32,000 nucleotides of DNA, from positions 30,001-62,000 of the forward strand of contig CP008940.1 of assembly GCA_000743035.1 (NCBI GenBank). The letters run 5' to 3'. The first letter of the stretch is position 1. Each line of letters starts with the position of its first letter. The position numbers and the translations under genes are program-made. The DNA is from Candidatus Paracaedimonas acanthamoebae (lineage in GTDB: Bacteria; Pseudomonadota; Alphaproteobacteria; Caedimonadales; Caedimonadaceae). Under the pieces are notes generated by a model. The model ran no database searches. It was not told where the DNA came from and saw nothing but the letters and a program-made list of their open reading frames with translations. Shown piece by piece: positions 1 through 7,870 of this stretch.

Positions 1-2645
1 CCGCGAATACGCCTTCTCAAGCGTTGATTGAGCGGGGCCCCCATTTATTCCAAGGCCTTCAATCCTCATTGCCGAAAGAGATGGCGCTGAAGCTGAATGA
101 GCCGATCCTTTTTAGCCTTCCTGAAGGGCAGTATGATCGGCAAGCCTTGCGCTCTTATTTGATTACGCCGCCTTCCTATCATGATCCTCATGTCCGTGAT
201 CACCTCGCGCAAATCATAGAGAAGGAAGCCTATCTGTTGGGGAAGAAAGGGTCTCATACGCATTTTGATCGCTCTCGCCTGATCGCCAAGAAAGGAACTC
301 TGACGACAGGGACCTTGAAGGTGACAAAGCAGGTGGATTGTGTCGAGCAAACGCCCAAGCCTTTCATAAGAGAAGGAGCCTCGACAAAGCTGATAGGGTT
401 TTTTAAGAAAAAGGAGAAAGAGGCGCCAAAGCTTCCTAAAAAGTTTCAGTATGTTTCCCAACCTGGGGGGGATTTATGGGTGGATCAGTTCGATCTTCAT
501 GCCGAGCAAGCCAACATTGATCTTGGTGAGATGAAGTCAAAAATCTTGTGGTTAGATATTGAAGACTTATTGACGACAGGAACCCTTCACACAGAGCTGC
601 TGATTGAGGATGTTGGGCATCTTGCGATTCAACGTCAGCACCACACATGGTCCGAGACGCATGAGATGAAGAAGATGTGGAAGCGGAAGAATGTTTGGGG
701 TCGTGTGAAGAGGAAGAAGGAGATCAAGAAGCAGACAGTGACCCTATCAGAAGCGCTTCCAGAGGAGGTGAGTGGCCTTTATAAATATGGCAGGGTTTTG
801 AAGGATCCCAAAGAGATCCAAGAGATCTTTGCCGGGTATGAGAAAGTCAGAGAGCTTCAGTCCTTGTTTGCTCAAGGCGTCACCCTTATCGTTGGGGAAG
901 GAGGCTGGTCGCCAGAGACTCAAAAGAAGATGCACCTTTCGCCTTTGATCACGAGGTCATTAATGGAGGATTCGACGAGTTGCCGAGGGATGCGCAAGGA
1001 AGAGATGCAGCCAAGTTATAGGGTTGTGCGGGCAAAGGTCCTCTCGGAAGGGCCGATCCATCCTTTCTCTCATCAGGATATTCATCTGGTGGGGGTTGAG
1101 ATGGAGGGGAAGAAGGGGTCTGCTCTGATTGAGGCGAAGAGAGATCTGACGGTTGAAGACGCCAGTGTGATGCAGCCGCAAAAGAGGGAGCTTTATAATA
1201 AGAAGCGAGCAATCCGCGAGCGTGGAGGCTTTAAAGAGCTTCAGGTCCCGAACACCATCACGATGCCTGGCAAGGTTGTGTTGAAGGCGCAAGGGAAGAT
1301 TCAAGGTCATCGGCCTGAGGTGCGAACTGAGTTGGTCACTGAACCGCCCCAGGTTGATCTCCCCCGTCCTCTTCCTCATCAAGAGTTGTATGATCTCTGT
1401 GTGGGTCATCGTCCGGGCGGGAATCAAGCCCTTGCGATGGTGGCGAGATTAGGGACAAGTCTTCTTCTTTTTAACCCGGCGACAAGTTGGGCAGCGGGAC
1501 TCTTTAAGGTTGCAACGGATGGGGTGGTGGCGGCGATGGGAGGAGCAGCCTTGACGAGTGTGGCGTCTCAGACGGTGGGTTCTGCGGTGATGCATCAAGG
1601 GAACCTGAAGCAAATTGGCAAGGAGTTAACGTCATCCCATTTTACAAGAACTTTAATAATAGACACCGCCAGTGCGGGTTTGATGCATGAGCTGAGTGGG
1701 ACTTTTAATCTTCCCAAGCAACCCGAAGGATGGCAGCAGCATCTGAAAGTGAATGCGGTGAGGTCGATGGTCTCATCAGGATTGAACATGACGATAGGGG
1801 GTGTAAAGCCAGAGGAAGCCTTGTTATCTGCAGCTCGGATGATTGTTGCTGGAACACTTGGCGGCTTAGGCGCAAATGAAATCGCGCAACTCTATAGTGA
1901 TGGTCAGTTTGAGTACCTTACCCATAAACTTGCGCATGCGATTTTAGGGGGAGGGATGGGGGCGATCCTTTCGGATGATATTGAGAAAGGCTTATTATCT
2001 GGAGCCATTGGAGGCTTTTTTGGTGAGATTGCAGGGGAAGAGCTTGTTAAGAGGTTAGGTGATAAGCAGTTGACGACCGTTTTAGGACAGATGGATGAGA
2101 CCGTAATGAAGGCTCAGTTGACCGCCGCTATTGCCACGATGCTTGCAGGCGAAGATATTGGTGTTGCCACCTTCACAGCAGAGAATGCGATCCGAAATAA
2201 TAGCTTTTTGGTGAAGAAAATAGGAAAGAAGCTCTTAGAAAAGGTTGCTTCTAAACAGGCTTTGAAAAAAGTTGCTAAGGATATTGATACCTCTCCTTTT
2301 TCAAAAGAGACAAAGAAGTTAATTGGTAGAAATCATGAATACAAAGCAGAGTTATTGGAGCGCGAGGGCGCGAAGAAAGGAGCATCAACGTTAAGAGCGG
2401 CTCAACAGGAAATAAAAGGACAGCAAATAGATAAGGCTTTAGAAAGAGGTGTTAAATACAATCATATAGAAAAAGCTGAAAGTGCTCAAAGAGGCCTTAC
2501 CAGGCATATTCAAAGAATAAATAATCGTTTGAGTTATCCTGAATTACCTCAAATTGAGCGTCAAGCGCTGCAGAAAGAGCTTTCCCAGTCGAGCAAATTA
2601 TTAGATTATGCAAAACAGTTTTTAAAAGATAACGTAGATAAGTAG
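1..2645 (+). CDS. C-terminal ~880 aa of a CdiA/FhaB-type (two-partner-secretion) polymorphic toxin; 5' partial, continues upstream of the window
   Basis: The frame of track ORF 24..2645 stays open back to nt 3, so the TTG at 24 is not the real start. The translation shows the Gly/Ala-rich helical pre-toxin region typical of FhaB/CdiA exoproteins (GAALTSVASQTVGSAV, THKLAHAILGGGMGAILSDD, GAIGGFFGEIAGEE; DUF637/PT-VENN-like by eye). It ends in a VENN-like motif AENAIRNN (nt 2178-2201). A 147-aa Lys/Glu-rich C-terminal domain (nt 2202-2642) of unassigned family follows. Confidence 0.7.
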   Translation, partial: ANTPSQALIERGPHLFQGLQSSLPKEMALKLNEPILFSLPEGQYDRQALRSYLITPPSYHDPHVRDHLAQIIEKEAYLLGKKGSHTHFDRSRLIAKKGTLTTGTLKVTKQVDCVEQTPKPFIREGASTKLIGFFKKKEKEAPKLPKKFQYVSQPGGDLWVDQFDLHAEQANIDLGEMKSKILWLDIEDLLTTGTLHTELLIEDVGHLAIQRQHHTWSETHEMKKMWKRKNVWGRVKRKKEIKKQTVTLSEALPEEVSGLYKYGRVLKDPKEIQEIFAGYEKVRELQSLFAQGVTLIVGEGGWSPETQKKMHLSPLITRSLMEDSTSCRGMRKEEMQPSYRVVRAKVLSEGPIHPFSHQDIHLVGVEMEGKKGSALIEAKRDLTVEDASVMQPQKRELYNKKRAIRERGGFKELQVPNTITMPGKVVLKAQGKIQGHRPEVRTELVTEPPQVDLPRPLPHQELYDLCVGHRPGGNQALAMVARLGTSLLLFNPATSWAAGLFKVATDGVVAAMGGAALTSVASQTVGSAVMHQGNLKQIGKELTSSHFTRTLIIDTASAGLMHELSGTFNLPKQPEGWQQHLKVNAVRSMVSSGLNMTIGGVKPEEALLSAARMIVAGTLGGLGANEIAQLYSDGQFEYLTHKLAHAILGGGMGAILSDDIEKGLLSGAIGGFFGEIAGEELVKRLGDKQLTTVLGQMDETVMKAQLTAAIATMLAGEDIGVATFTAENAIRNNSFLVKKIGKKLLEKVASKQALKKVAKDIDTSPFSKETKKLIGRNHEYKAELLEREGAKKGASTLRAAQQEIKGQQIDKALERGVKYNHIEKAESAQRGLTRHIQRINNRLSYPELPQIERQALQKELSQSSKLLDYAKQFLKDNVDK

Positions 2646-2654
2646 GAGCGTTGG

Positions 2655-3227
2655 ATGGCTCAAAAATGGAAAAGTGTTAAACAAATAAGAGATGAATATT
2701 TTGATACAGGAACAATCTCTCCTGTCTCTATGGCACAGCTTAAAGAATACTTAAAAGGAGAAGATGAGAATGAGTTATGTAGAGCTATCAGTTTGGTAAC
2801 TGATGCGAGTTTAATGCACCTTGTCCCATTAATGGCTCAACATCTTGACCATGAAGATTCTTATGTCAGAGAAAGCTTAATAGGGAAGCTTCTCGGTATT
2901 CTTTGCTTACCAGAATACGCTGAGAAGGGATTAGATATGATTGAGCATGATGAAGAACCTGGGGTAAGAGATTTAGCTCTTAGCAATATAGGGGCTGTTA
3001 TAAATGAAATAAAAGATAAAGAGCTTAAGAAGAAAATAGCACAAAAACTTATAGACATATTATATTCTGAGACAGAAGATCATCTAACACGTTCAGCTTC
3101 ATACGTTTCTATATTAAAGGATTTAGAAGTCCCTGCAATAAAACGGCCAGATATTGATTTAATTATTGGCAAAGATTATCCAATTGATGAAGAAAAAATA
3201 GAAAAATTTAAAAAGCGTTATTTATAG
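2655..3227 (+). CDS. putative cognate immunity protein (HEAT-like helical repeats)
   Basis: The ATG lies 9 nt after the toxin stop and is preceded by AGGAG (nt 2644-2648). The product is 190 aa, acidic, and has no signal peptide. It shows HEAT-like repeats (HEDSYVRESLIGKLLG, EEPGVRDLALSNIGAV). The position directly 3' of a polymorphic-toxin tip is the canonical immunity position. Function is inferred from context only. Confidence 0.55.
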   Translation: MAQKWKSVKQIRDEYFDTGTISPVSMAQLKEYLKGEDENELCRAISLVTDASLMHLVPLMAQHLDHEDSYVRESLIGKLLGILCLPEYAEKGLDMIEHDEEPGVRDLALSNIGAVINEIKDKELKKKIAQKLIDILYSETEDHLTRSASYVSILKDLEVPAIKRPDIDLIIGKDYPIDEEKIEKFKKRYL

Positions 3228-3304
3228 CCTTAGGAGAAAAGAAAAACCACGACCCAGCAAGAGGTTGAACAGTATATGTTATTTTTGTGAGGGGTGAGGG
3301 TGAA

Positions 3305-3528
3305 AGATCCGGGAGCGCGAAGGCTTTAAAGAGATTCAGGTCCCGAACACCATCACGATGCCTGGCAAGGTTGTGTTGAAGGCGCAAGGGAAGATTCAAG
3401 GTCATCGCCCTGAGGTGCAAACTGAGCTGATCACTAAAGCGCCCCAGGTTGATCTCCCCCGTCCTCTTCCTCGGCAAGAGCTGTATGATCTCTGTGTGGG
3501 TCATCGCCCAGGCGGGAAACAGAGCATG
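3305..3528 (+). pseudogene. orphan duplicate of an internal segment of the upstream toxin gene (matches nt ~1209-1432)
   Basis: Hand alignment gives ~220 nt with about 15 substitutions and no indels. The translation IREREGFKEIQVPNTITMPGKVVLKAQGKIQGHRPEVQTELITKAPQVDLPRPLPRQELYDLCVGHRPGG matches toxin residues AIRERGGFKELQVPN...CVGHRPGG. An in-frame TGA lies immediately 5' of the homology. The homology ends at the IS3 remnant. Confidence 0.85.
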
Positions 3529-3713
3529 TCTATTTTAAGAACTATAAAACTCTAGAAGAAGCTAAAGATATCTTTGAGTATATCTTCACATTTTATAACG
3601 CTAAAAGGAGGCATTCGATACTCAACTACCAAAGTCCAAATTAGTGGGAATACAACTATTACAAAAATCAAACCATCTCAGTTCATACTGTCTAGTTTTT
3701 TGTAGAAAGATCA
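3527..3713 (+). mobile_element. IS3-family 3' remnant (last ~38 codons of the transposase plus right end)
   Basis: The translation VYFKNYKTLEEAKDIFEYIFTFYNAKRRHSILNYQSPN* (stop 3642-3644) matches the conserved IS3-family integrase C-terminus (FYN..R.HS.L.Y.SP). The downstream sequence ends in ...GTAGAAAGATCA, a TG...CA-type terminus. No upstream part of the transposase is present. Confidence 0.6.
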
Positions 3714-3825
3714 GTCTGATGTCATGTGTTAAAAATGTTCTTATACACGAAATATTAATCATTTTTTATTTTAATAATAAAAGTAGCATAAATTTTGAAT
3801 GTAAAATTCTATCAAGGGAAATAAA

Positions 3826-4344
3826 ATGAAAGTATCCAGATTTCTTTTAAATAGCAGCGTTGTCTTTACAGCTTGTTTTTTAGTATCTCATGCTAAAGCT
3901 GACGTAATATCAGACAATATAAGTAAACTAGCAAGTTCTGCCAAGGGCGCAACAAGCAAAAGCGCAGTTCAAAAAGCTCTATGTAAAAAAGCTAGCTTTT
4001 TTAGTGGAAAAATCAGCCTTCGTTCTTTTGAAGGAAAACTGTGTGTTGGTCCATTAGGAGCATTTGCTCTTCTTGCATGTAAAGGATACTCTGATGGAGA
4101 CGGGCCTTTCACTGATTCTTCTTGCTATAAAAAAGCTATTAGTAGTGTTGGTGGGGGTGATCCAGATGTATCATCATCAACTCTTTTAATCAATTCATTA
4201 AAAGGAACGGCTTCAGCAACGTTTAAGGTTGTTAAACCTCTTGTATGTACGTTTGGTCCTATTGCCCTTGACGCTACAGGTGCTGGTGCGCCTCTTGGGG
4301 TAGCTCTTGGAGCTGGCTGTGGTGCTTCTGATGCTATAAAATAA
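3826..4344 (+). CDS. hypothetical exported Cys-containing, Gly/Ala-rich protein
   Basis: ATG start with AGGGA about 12 nt upstream. N-terminal signal-peptide-like segment MKVSRFLLNSSVVFTACFLVSHAKA. Several Cys residues and a GAGAPLGVALGAGCGA tail. No recognisable family. Confidence 0.5.
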   Translation: MKVSRFLLNSSVVFTACFLVSHAKADVISDNISKLASSAKGATSKSAVQKALCKKASFFSGKISLRSFEGKLCVGPLGAFALLACKGYSDGDGPFTDSSCYKKAISSVGGGDPDVSSSTLLINSLKGTASATFKVVKPLVCTFGPIALDATGAGAPLGVALGAGCGASDAIK

Positions 4345-5046
4345 TTTAAAATCATGTAAGGTTTAACTGTTTGGGGGATAGCATCCTCCTTAATTTTTAT
4401 CTGACGTGCCAAGATCTACATTAGCCAGTATTCCTGTAGTCGCATAGATTATCATGATTCAATGCTATTGGCTGAAAAAGAGAGGAATATACATTAGGTC
4501 TTGTAGCATAAGCGCCGATGGTTCAGTAATTGTTGGCAGCATCGAGGATGAGAGTCAACAGAATCAGACAAGAGCCTGATAGACTCCTAAAGAGGGCTTA
4601 GAACCTGTTGAAGCAATCTTTCATGATGAGGAGATTTTACCCTCTTAGTGGAGAATAACCAAGGTGAAGGTAATAAATCCTAGTAGGACGATTCTTGTAG
4701 GAGAGAGGTACGCTGATAGGAAGACTTACGCATGGCGTGATGTTGTTATCCTCACAAAAAATCAAACCCCTAATTTCTGCCCTCAACCGCAAACTACGCC
4801 TATAAGGATGGAAGTACTGGAACTCAGACACGCGCATGGCGTGCTGTTATCCCAAGAACTAATCTCTTTTAAGGGCCCGAACTAAGGTTTTAACAATCAG
4901 GAGCTTTTCATATCCTCCTGTCGACTCAAAAATAATCAAAGGAGAATCATAGTTTTTAACTGAATTTAATAATGAACCCTGCCTCACTTTTGCAAGTGAT
5001 CAGCATGCAAGGATCCTGTCAAAATACAAGCATCAAAACCATAAAG

Positions 5047-6861
5047 TTATGAGTCCTTCCATGTCAAATAAATGCCGTTTTCTGCATTCTTTAAATAATG
5101 TGTCGGTGTGAAAGAATGCTGCTGGGCGAGCTTTAAGAAAGCTTTGCTTGCTAACGTATAAAAATAAATGTCAGATTGTGCCTGTTGGTGGGTTATGATA
5201 AGGCGCTTATCATTTGTTTGATCTGCTTTTAAGATGCTTGACGTTGCCTCCTCAAGATGGACCTCAAAGGGTTGTCTTGTTAAAAGTAAGGTCGTCGGCT
5301 GCCGTAAAATTATTTTGTATCCTCCATCTTTTCCAAATGGAATATAAGTTTTAATGTATGGCTTTAGCTCTTTCTTAGCCCATTGTTTAAAAGCTTGATG
5401 TAATACGCCTATGGCTCCATTTGAATTAACATGATTGCCCCGTCCAGTGATAATAGTGCATTCTTTCTCAAAATTATTATATCTTTTCACCATAAATTCC
5501 TGAACTTTATTTAATGCTTCTAAAGAGGATGTTTTATGAAGATCTAAGATTATTTGTTTGACATTATGAAAACAAAAATAAAGGCGTTTTTCTCGGTCCT
5601 CAATGATAGTAGCAGCTGGCCCTTGTAGTTCTTCATAAAAATACTTAAAAAGGGTGCCATTATTGTAACTAAAAAGCTCATTTACAGAAAAGGAAGCATC
5701 AGGCCTTAATTCAAAGACAAAGGTAACATAAGGATGCTTTGCTCTCTCCAAAGTTAAAGCAACTTCTTCTTTTAAAGCTGCATAACATTGCTCGAGGGTG
5801 TCCTTGTTAAGAAGGGAAGGTTTTACAAGAATTTTATCTTGAAACCCATGCTTCCCTTTCTCAAAGTCTTCTTCTTTAAAACCAGCTCGGACCATTAAAT
5901 TATAAAAAGTTCCTTGGTCTAAGCGCGTAGTATCAACTGCTCCCCCATAAAAATGGTAAGCAAATGAGTTTCGAGCTTGGTTTTCTTTTTGAGTATAATT
6001 ATTGATTGTTAGTCCTTCATGATAGATATCCCAAACCCCTTCTGCTGATTTGTTACCTTCTGTCCCATAGCGATCCTCACTTATACCGATGGGATATTTA
6101 TATGATCTCATATGTGCCAGTATCCACTGCAGATGGTCATAAATATCTTGGCCATCTAATTTGTATTTAAAATGCCGTATTTCATACGTTGGATCTTCTG
6201 CAGTTTCAGCAATTAAAAAATCAAGGTAAGGCCAAAATTGTTGCCAAGAGTATTTCTGAAAATAGATATCTGTAGCTTGCGAATCAATTTTCAGATGGTT
6301 GGCAATAAGAGTAGCAAGGTGTTGAGGACGATTTTGCCGTTGTTTGATGAGAGGGGCTCTACGATTGAGGTCAAGAGCATAACATAAATCTTCTAAGGTT
6401 GGAGCGCTTGTCATCTTAAGAAACCGATCCATTTCTTGAGAAGCTGCTAAGAAATTTCCTGACTCTTCAAAAATTTCAACCTGTGCTCTTATTTTCTTTA
6501 AAGTTTTTGGAGTATTTGTTTTTTGAGTTTTTACTTTTAAAATAGAGTGGGGAGATGAGGTTGATTGCTGACTTTGCTTATTTTCCCTCTTATCTACTTT
6601 AGCCTTTTGTAAATTGGTTTTCTTTTTAGATTTTTTTTGGAGAGAAGGGCCTATAAGGCTAGACGCACAAACCCTTGAAGGAGCTGCGCCAGCCTCTCCT
6701 CCCTCATTTAGTATTTTCTGTTTACCTTTCCAACTTGAATAAACAATGCTGGAGACCTTAGGATTATCTTCTTGCTCTTGACTTGCTATACTTGGATAGG
6801 AGTTTATTAAGAAGAAAGTACTTAATAAAAAAAGTAAAGGCTTGCGCGTAAAATATTTCAT
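5047..6861 (-). CDS. exported Smr-domain protein (604 aa) with Lys-rich tract and large unknown central domain
   Basis: ATG with GGGGAG RBS. Signal peptide MKYFTRKPLLFLLSTFFLINSYPSIA|SQEQED. Lys-rich tract LQKKSKKKTNLQKAKVDKRENKQ. Smr domain at aa 438-520 (nt 5302-5550): ILDLHK...CTIITGRGNHVNSNGAIGVLHQAFKQW...GKDGGYKIILR. Confidence 0.75.
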   Translation of the reverse strand: MKYFTRKPLLFLLSTFFLINSYPSIASQEQEDNPKVSSIVYSSWKGKQKILNEGGEAGAAPSRVCASSLIGPSLQKKSKKKTNLQKAKVDKRENKQSQQSTSSPHSILKVKTQKTNTPKTLKKIRAQVEIFEESGNFLAASQEMDRFLKMTSAPTLEDLCYALDLNRRAPLIKQRQNRPQHLATLIANHLKIDSQATDIYFQKYSWQQFWPYLDFLIAETAEDPTYEIRHFKYKLDGQDIYDHLQWILAHMRSYKYPIGISEDRYGTEGNKSAEGVWDIYHEGLTINNYTQKENQARNSFAYHFYGGAVDTTRLDQGTFYNLMVRAGFKEEDFEKGKHGFQDKILVKPSLLNKDTLEQCYAALKEEVALTLERAKHPYVTFVFELRPDASFSVNELFSYNNGTLFKYFYEELQGPAATIIEDREKRLYFCFHNVKQIILDLHKTSSLEALNKVQEFMVKRYNNFEKECTIITGRGNHVNSNGAIGVLHQAFKQWAKKELKPYIKTYIPFGKDGGYKIILRQPTTLLLTRQPFEVHLEEATSSILKADQTNDKRLIITHQQAQSDIYFYTLASKAFLKLAQQHSFTPTHYLKNAENGIYLTWKDS

Positions 6862-6886
6862 ATTGATGTCTCCCCTTTAATTTATG

Positions 6887-6913
6887 ATTAAAATATATTT
6901 GGCGCTGTTGCAA
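6887..6913 (-). promoter_or_regulatory. candidate hybrid promoter for the 604-aa Smr gene: -35 TTGCAA inside the MITE inverted repeat, -10 TTTAAT
   Basis: The minus strand reads TTGCAA (6908-6913), a 15-nt spacer, then TTTAAT (6887-6892), then 25 nt to the ATG. The -10 and leader are homologous to the RNase III gene promoter. The 15-nt spacing is suboptimal. Confidence 0.3.
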
Positions 6914-7039
6914 AAACTTTCTAAAGTTGCAGCTAAGATTACAATTAAGCTAAGGATTTTAAATTTCGGACATAGTTGGGACGTAGATATTAAAAATATC
7001 CTACGAGTTAATTATCACCATCAATTTTTGCAACACGAC
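6901..7039. mobile_element. 139-bp MITE-like element with IS6/IS26-type terminal inverted repeats
   Basis: The left end is GGCGCTGTTGCAAAAA. The reverse complement of the right end is GGTCGTGTTGCAAAAA. Both resemble the IRs of the intact IS6-family element in this window (GGCCCTGTTGCAAAAA at 16462 and 17290). There is no ORF inside. The flanks (ATATATTT / TTATTTTA) are not a clean 8-bp duplication. Confidence 0.6.
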
Positions 7040-7045
7040 CTTATT

Positions 7046-7750
7046 TTACTTGAGCTCTAAGCTTATACAACCCTTTGCCGTGATTTTTGTATAAGCGCTA
7101 ACAGTGCTATTGGATGGCTGCTTTGATTGTTTAGATTTCTTTTTTCTTTTTATAATTTTTGGCTCTACCTTTTTTTCTAAAGCAGGAACTACACTTAGTT
7201 TAAAATTCTTAAAGGGAGCATTTGCTCCATATAAGCTTACCGTATGCTTCCTTCTCTTCTTCTCTTTACTCTTTTTAGTATGGTGACCATTTTTTAAGGT
7301 AACCTTCCACCCACCTTCCTTATTAATAGAACGTATTTTCTCAATATAAGGTTCAAATTTTTTACTACATAAATAATGATAGCATCTATTCCAAAGAAGC
7401 CCCATTATTCCTTGAGGATTATTAAGTCCCCTTCCTGTAATAATTTCCACGGTAGAAGCATGGTTGCGATGTGCTTTCCTAATAAATTGATCAACCCATT
7501 TAAATTTAACCTCCGTAGGTACTTTCCCATGAAGGTCGAGAAAAGTATAAGGTTGCCTCTTTTGAGCTGAAATAGTCTCTTCTTTCTTGAGGAAAACAAT
7601 GAGAGCTTGCTGGCTACAAATAGGAATTACTTCTTCAACTAAGGCGCTAAAGAAAGGCTTTTGTAAAAATTCTAAGCACTGATGGGCAACTAGACTTTGA
7701 TCCTCTTGTGAAGTGAAATCTTCGAGATCTACTAGGCTCGCATTTTGCAA
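7046..7750 (-). CDS. Smr-domain protein (234 aa) with strongly basic C-terminal tail; start codon uncertain
   Basis: Smr domain at aa 70-153 (nt 7292-7543): LDLHGK...VEIITGRGLNNPQGIMGLLW...NKEGGWKVTLK. The tail carries KKSKEKKRRKH and KIIKRKKKSKQSKQ. The only start in frame is TTG at 7750 with no visible RBS, and there is no internal Met before aa 116. The gene may be 5'-eroded. Confidence 0.6.
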   Translation of the reverse strand: MQNASLVDLEDFTSQEDQSLVAHQCLEFLQKPFFSALVEEVIPICSQQALIVFLKKEETISAQKRQPYTFLDLHGKVPTEVKFKWVDQFIRKAHRNHASTVEIITGRGLNNPQGIMGLLWNRCYHYLCSKKFEPYIEKIRSINKEGGWKVTLKNGHHTKKSKEKKRRKHTVSLYGANAPFKNFKLSVVPALEKKVEPKIIKRKKKSKQSKQPSNSTVSAYTKITAKGCISLELK

Positions 7751-7870
7751 ATTAAAAAAACGAAAATCTAAAACAGTGTATTCTCTTTTATCTTTACTTA
7801 ATTTATTGAGCTCTTCATATAAAAAAACATGAATATCTTTCAGGGTTGAAGCCTTGTCTATACAAATAGA

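Noticed and set aside
66-1789. Antisense and alternate-frame ORFs inside the toxin gene (66-461, 436-648, 747-935, 949-1212, 960-1427, 1595-1789; also 3208-3504 opposite the orphan fragment)
   Set aside because: These are shadow ORFs in a relatively GC-rich coding region with low-complexity or Pro/Ser/Arg-rich translations and no family signal. The sense frame has clear CdiA-like motifs.
3259-3270. GGTTGAACAG similarity to AGTTGAACAGC at ~11624-11635 (near the IS110 3' end) as a shared IS110 target or end
   Set aside because: The match is about 10 nt with no extension on either side, which is insufficient.
1209-3528. Possibility that the ~220-bp duplicated toxin segment is a diversity-generating retroelement template/variable repeat pair
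   Set aside because: The ~15 mismatches I listed involve all base types (C->G, T->C, G->A, A->G and others) rather than being confined to adenines of one copy. No reverse transcriptase gene is present in the window.
3644-3829. 61-aa ORF starting at GTG 3644
   Set aside because: It runs through the IS3-remnant terminal repeat and an AT-rich promoter region. It has no RBS and a nonsense-like composition.
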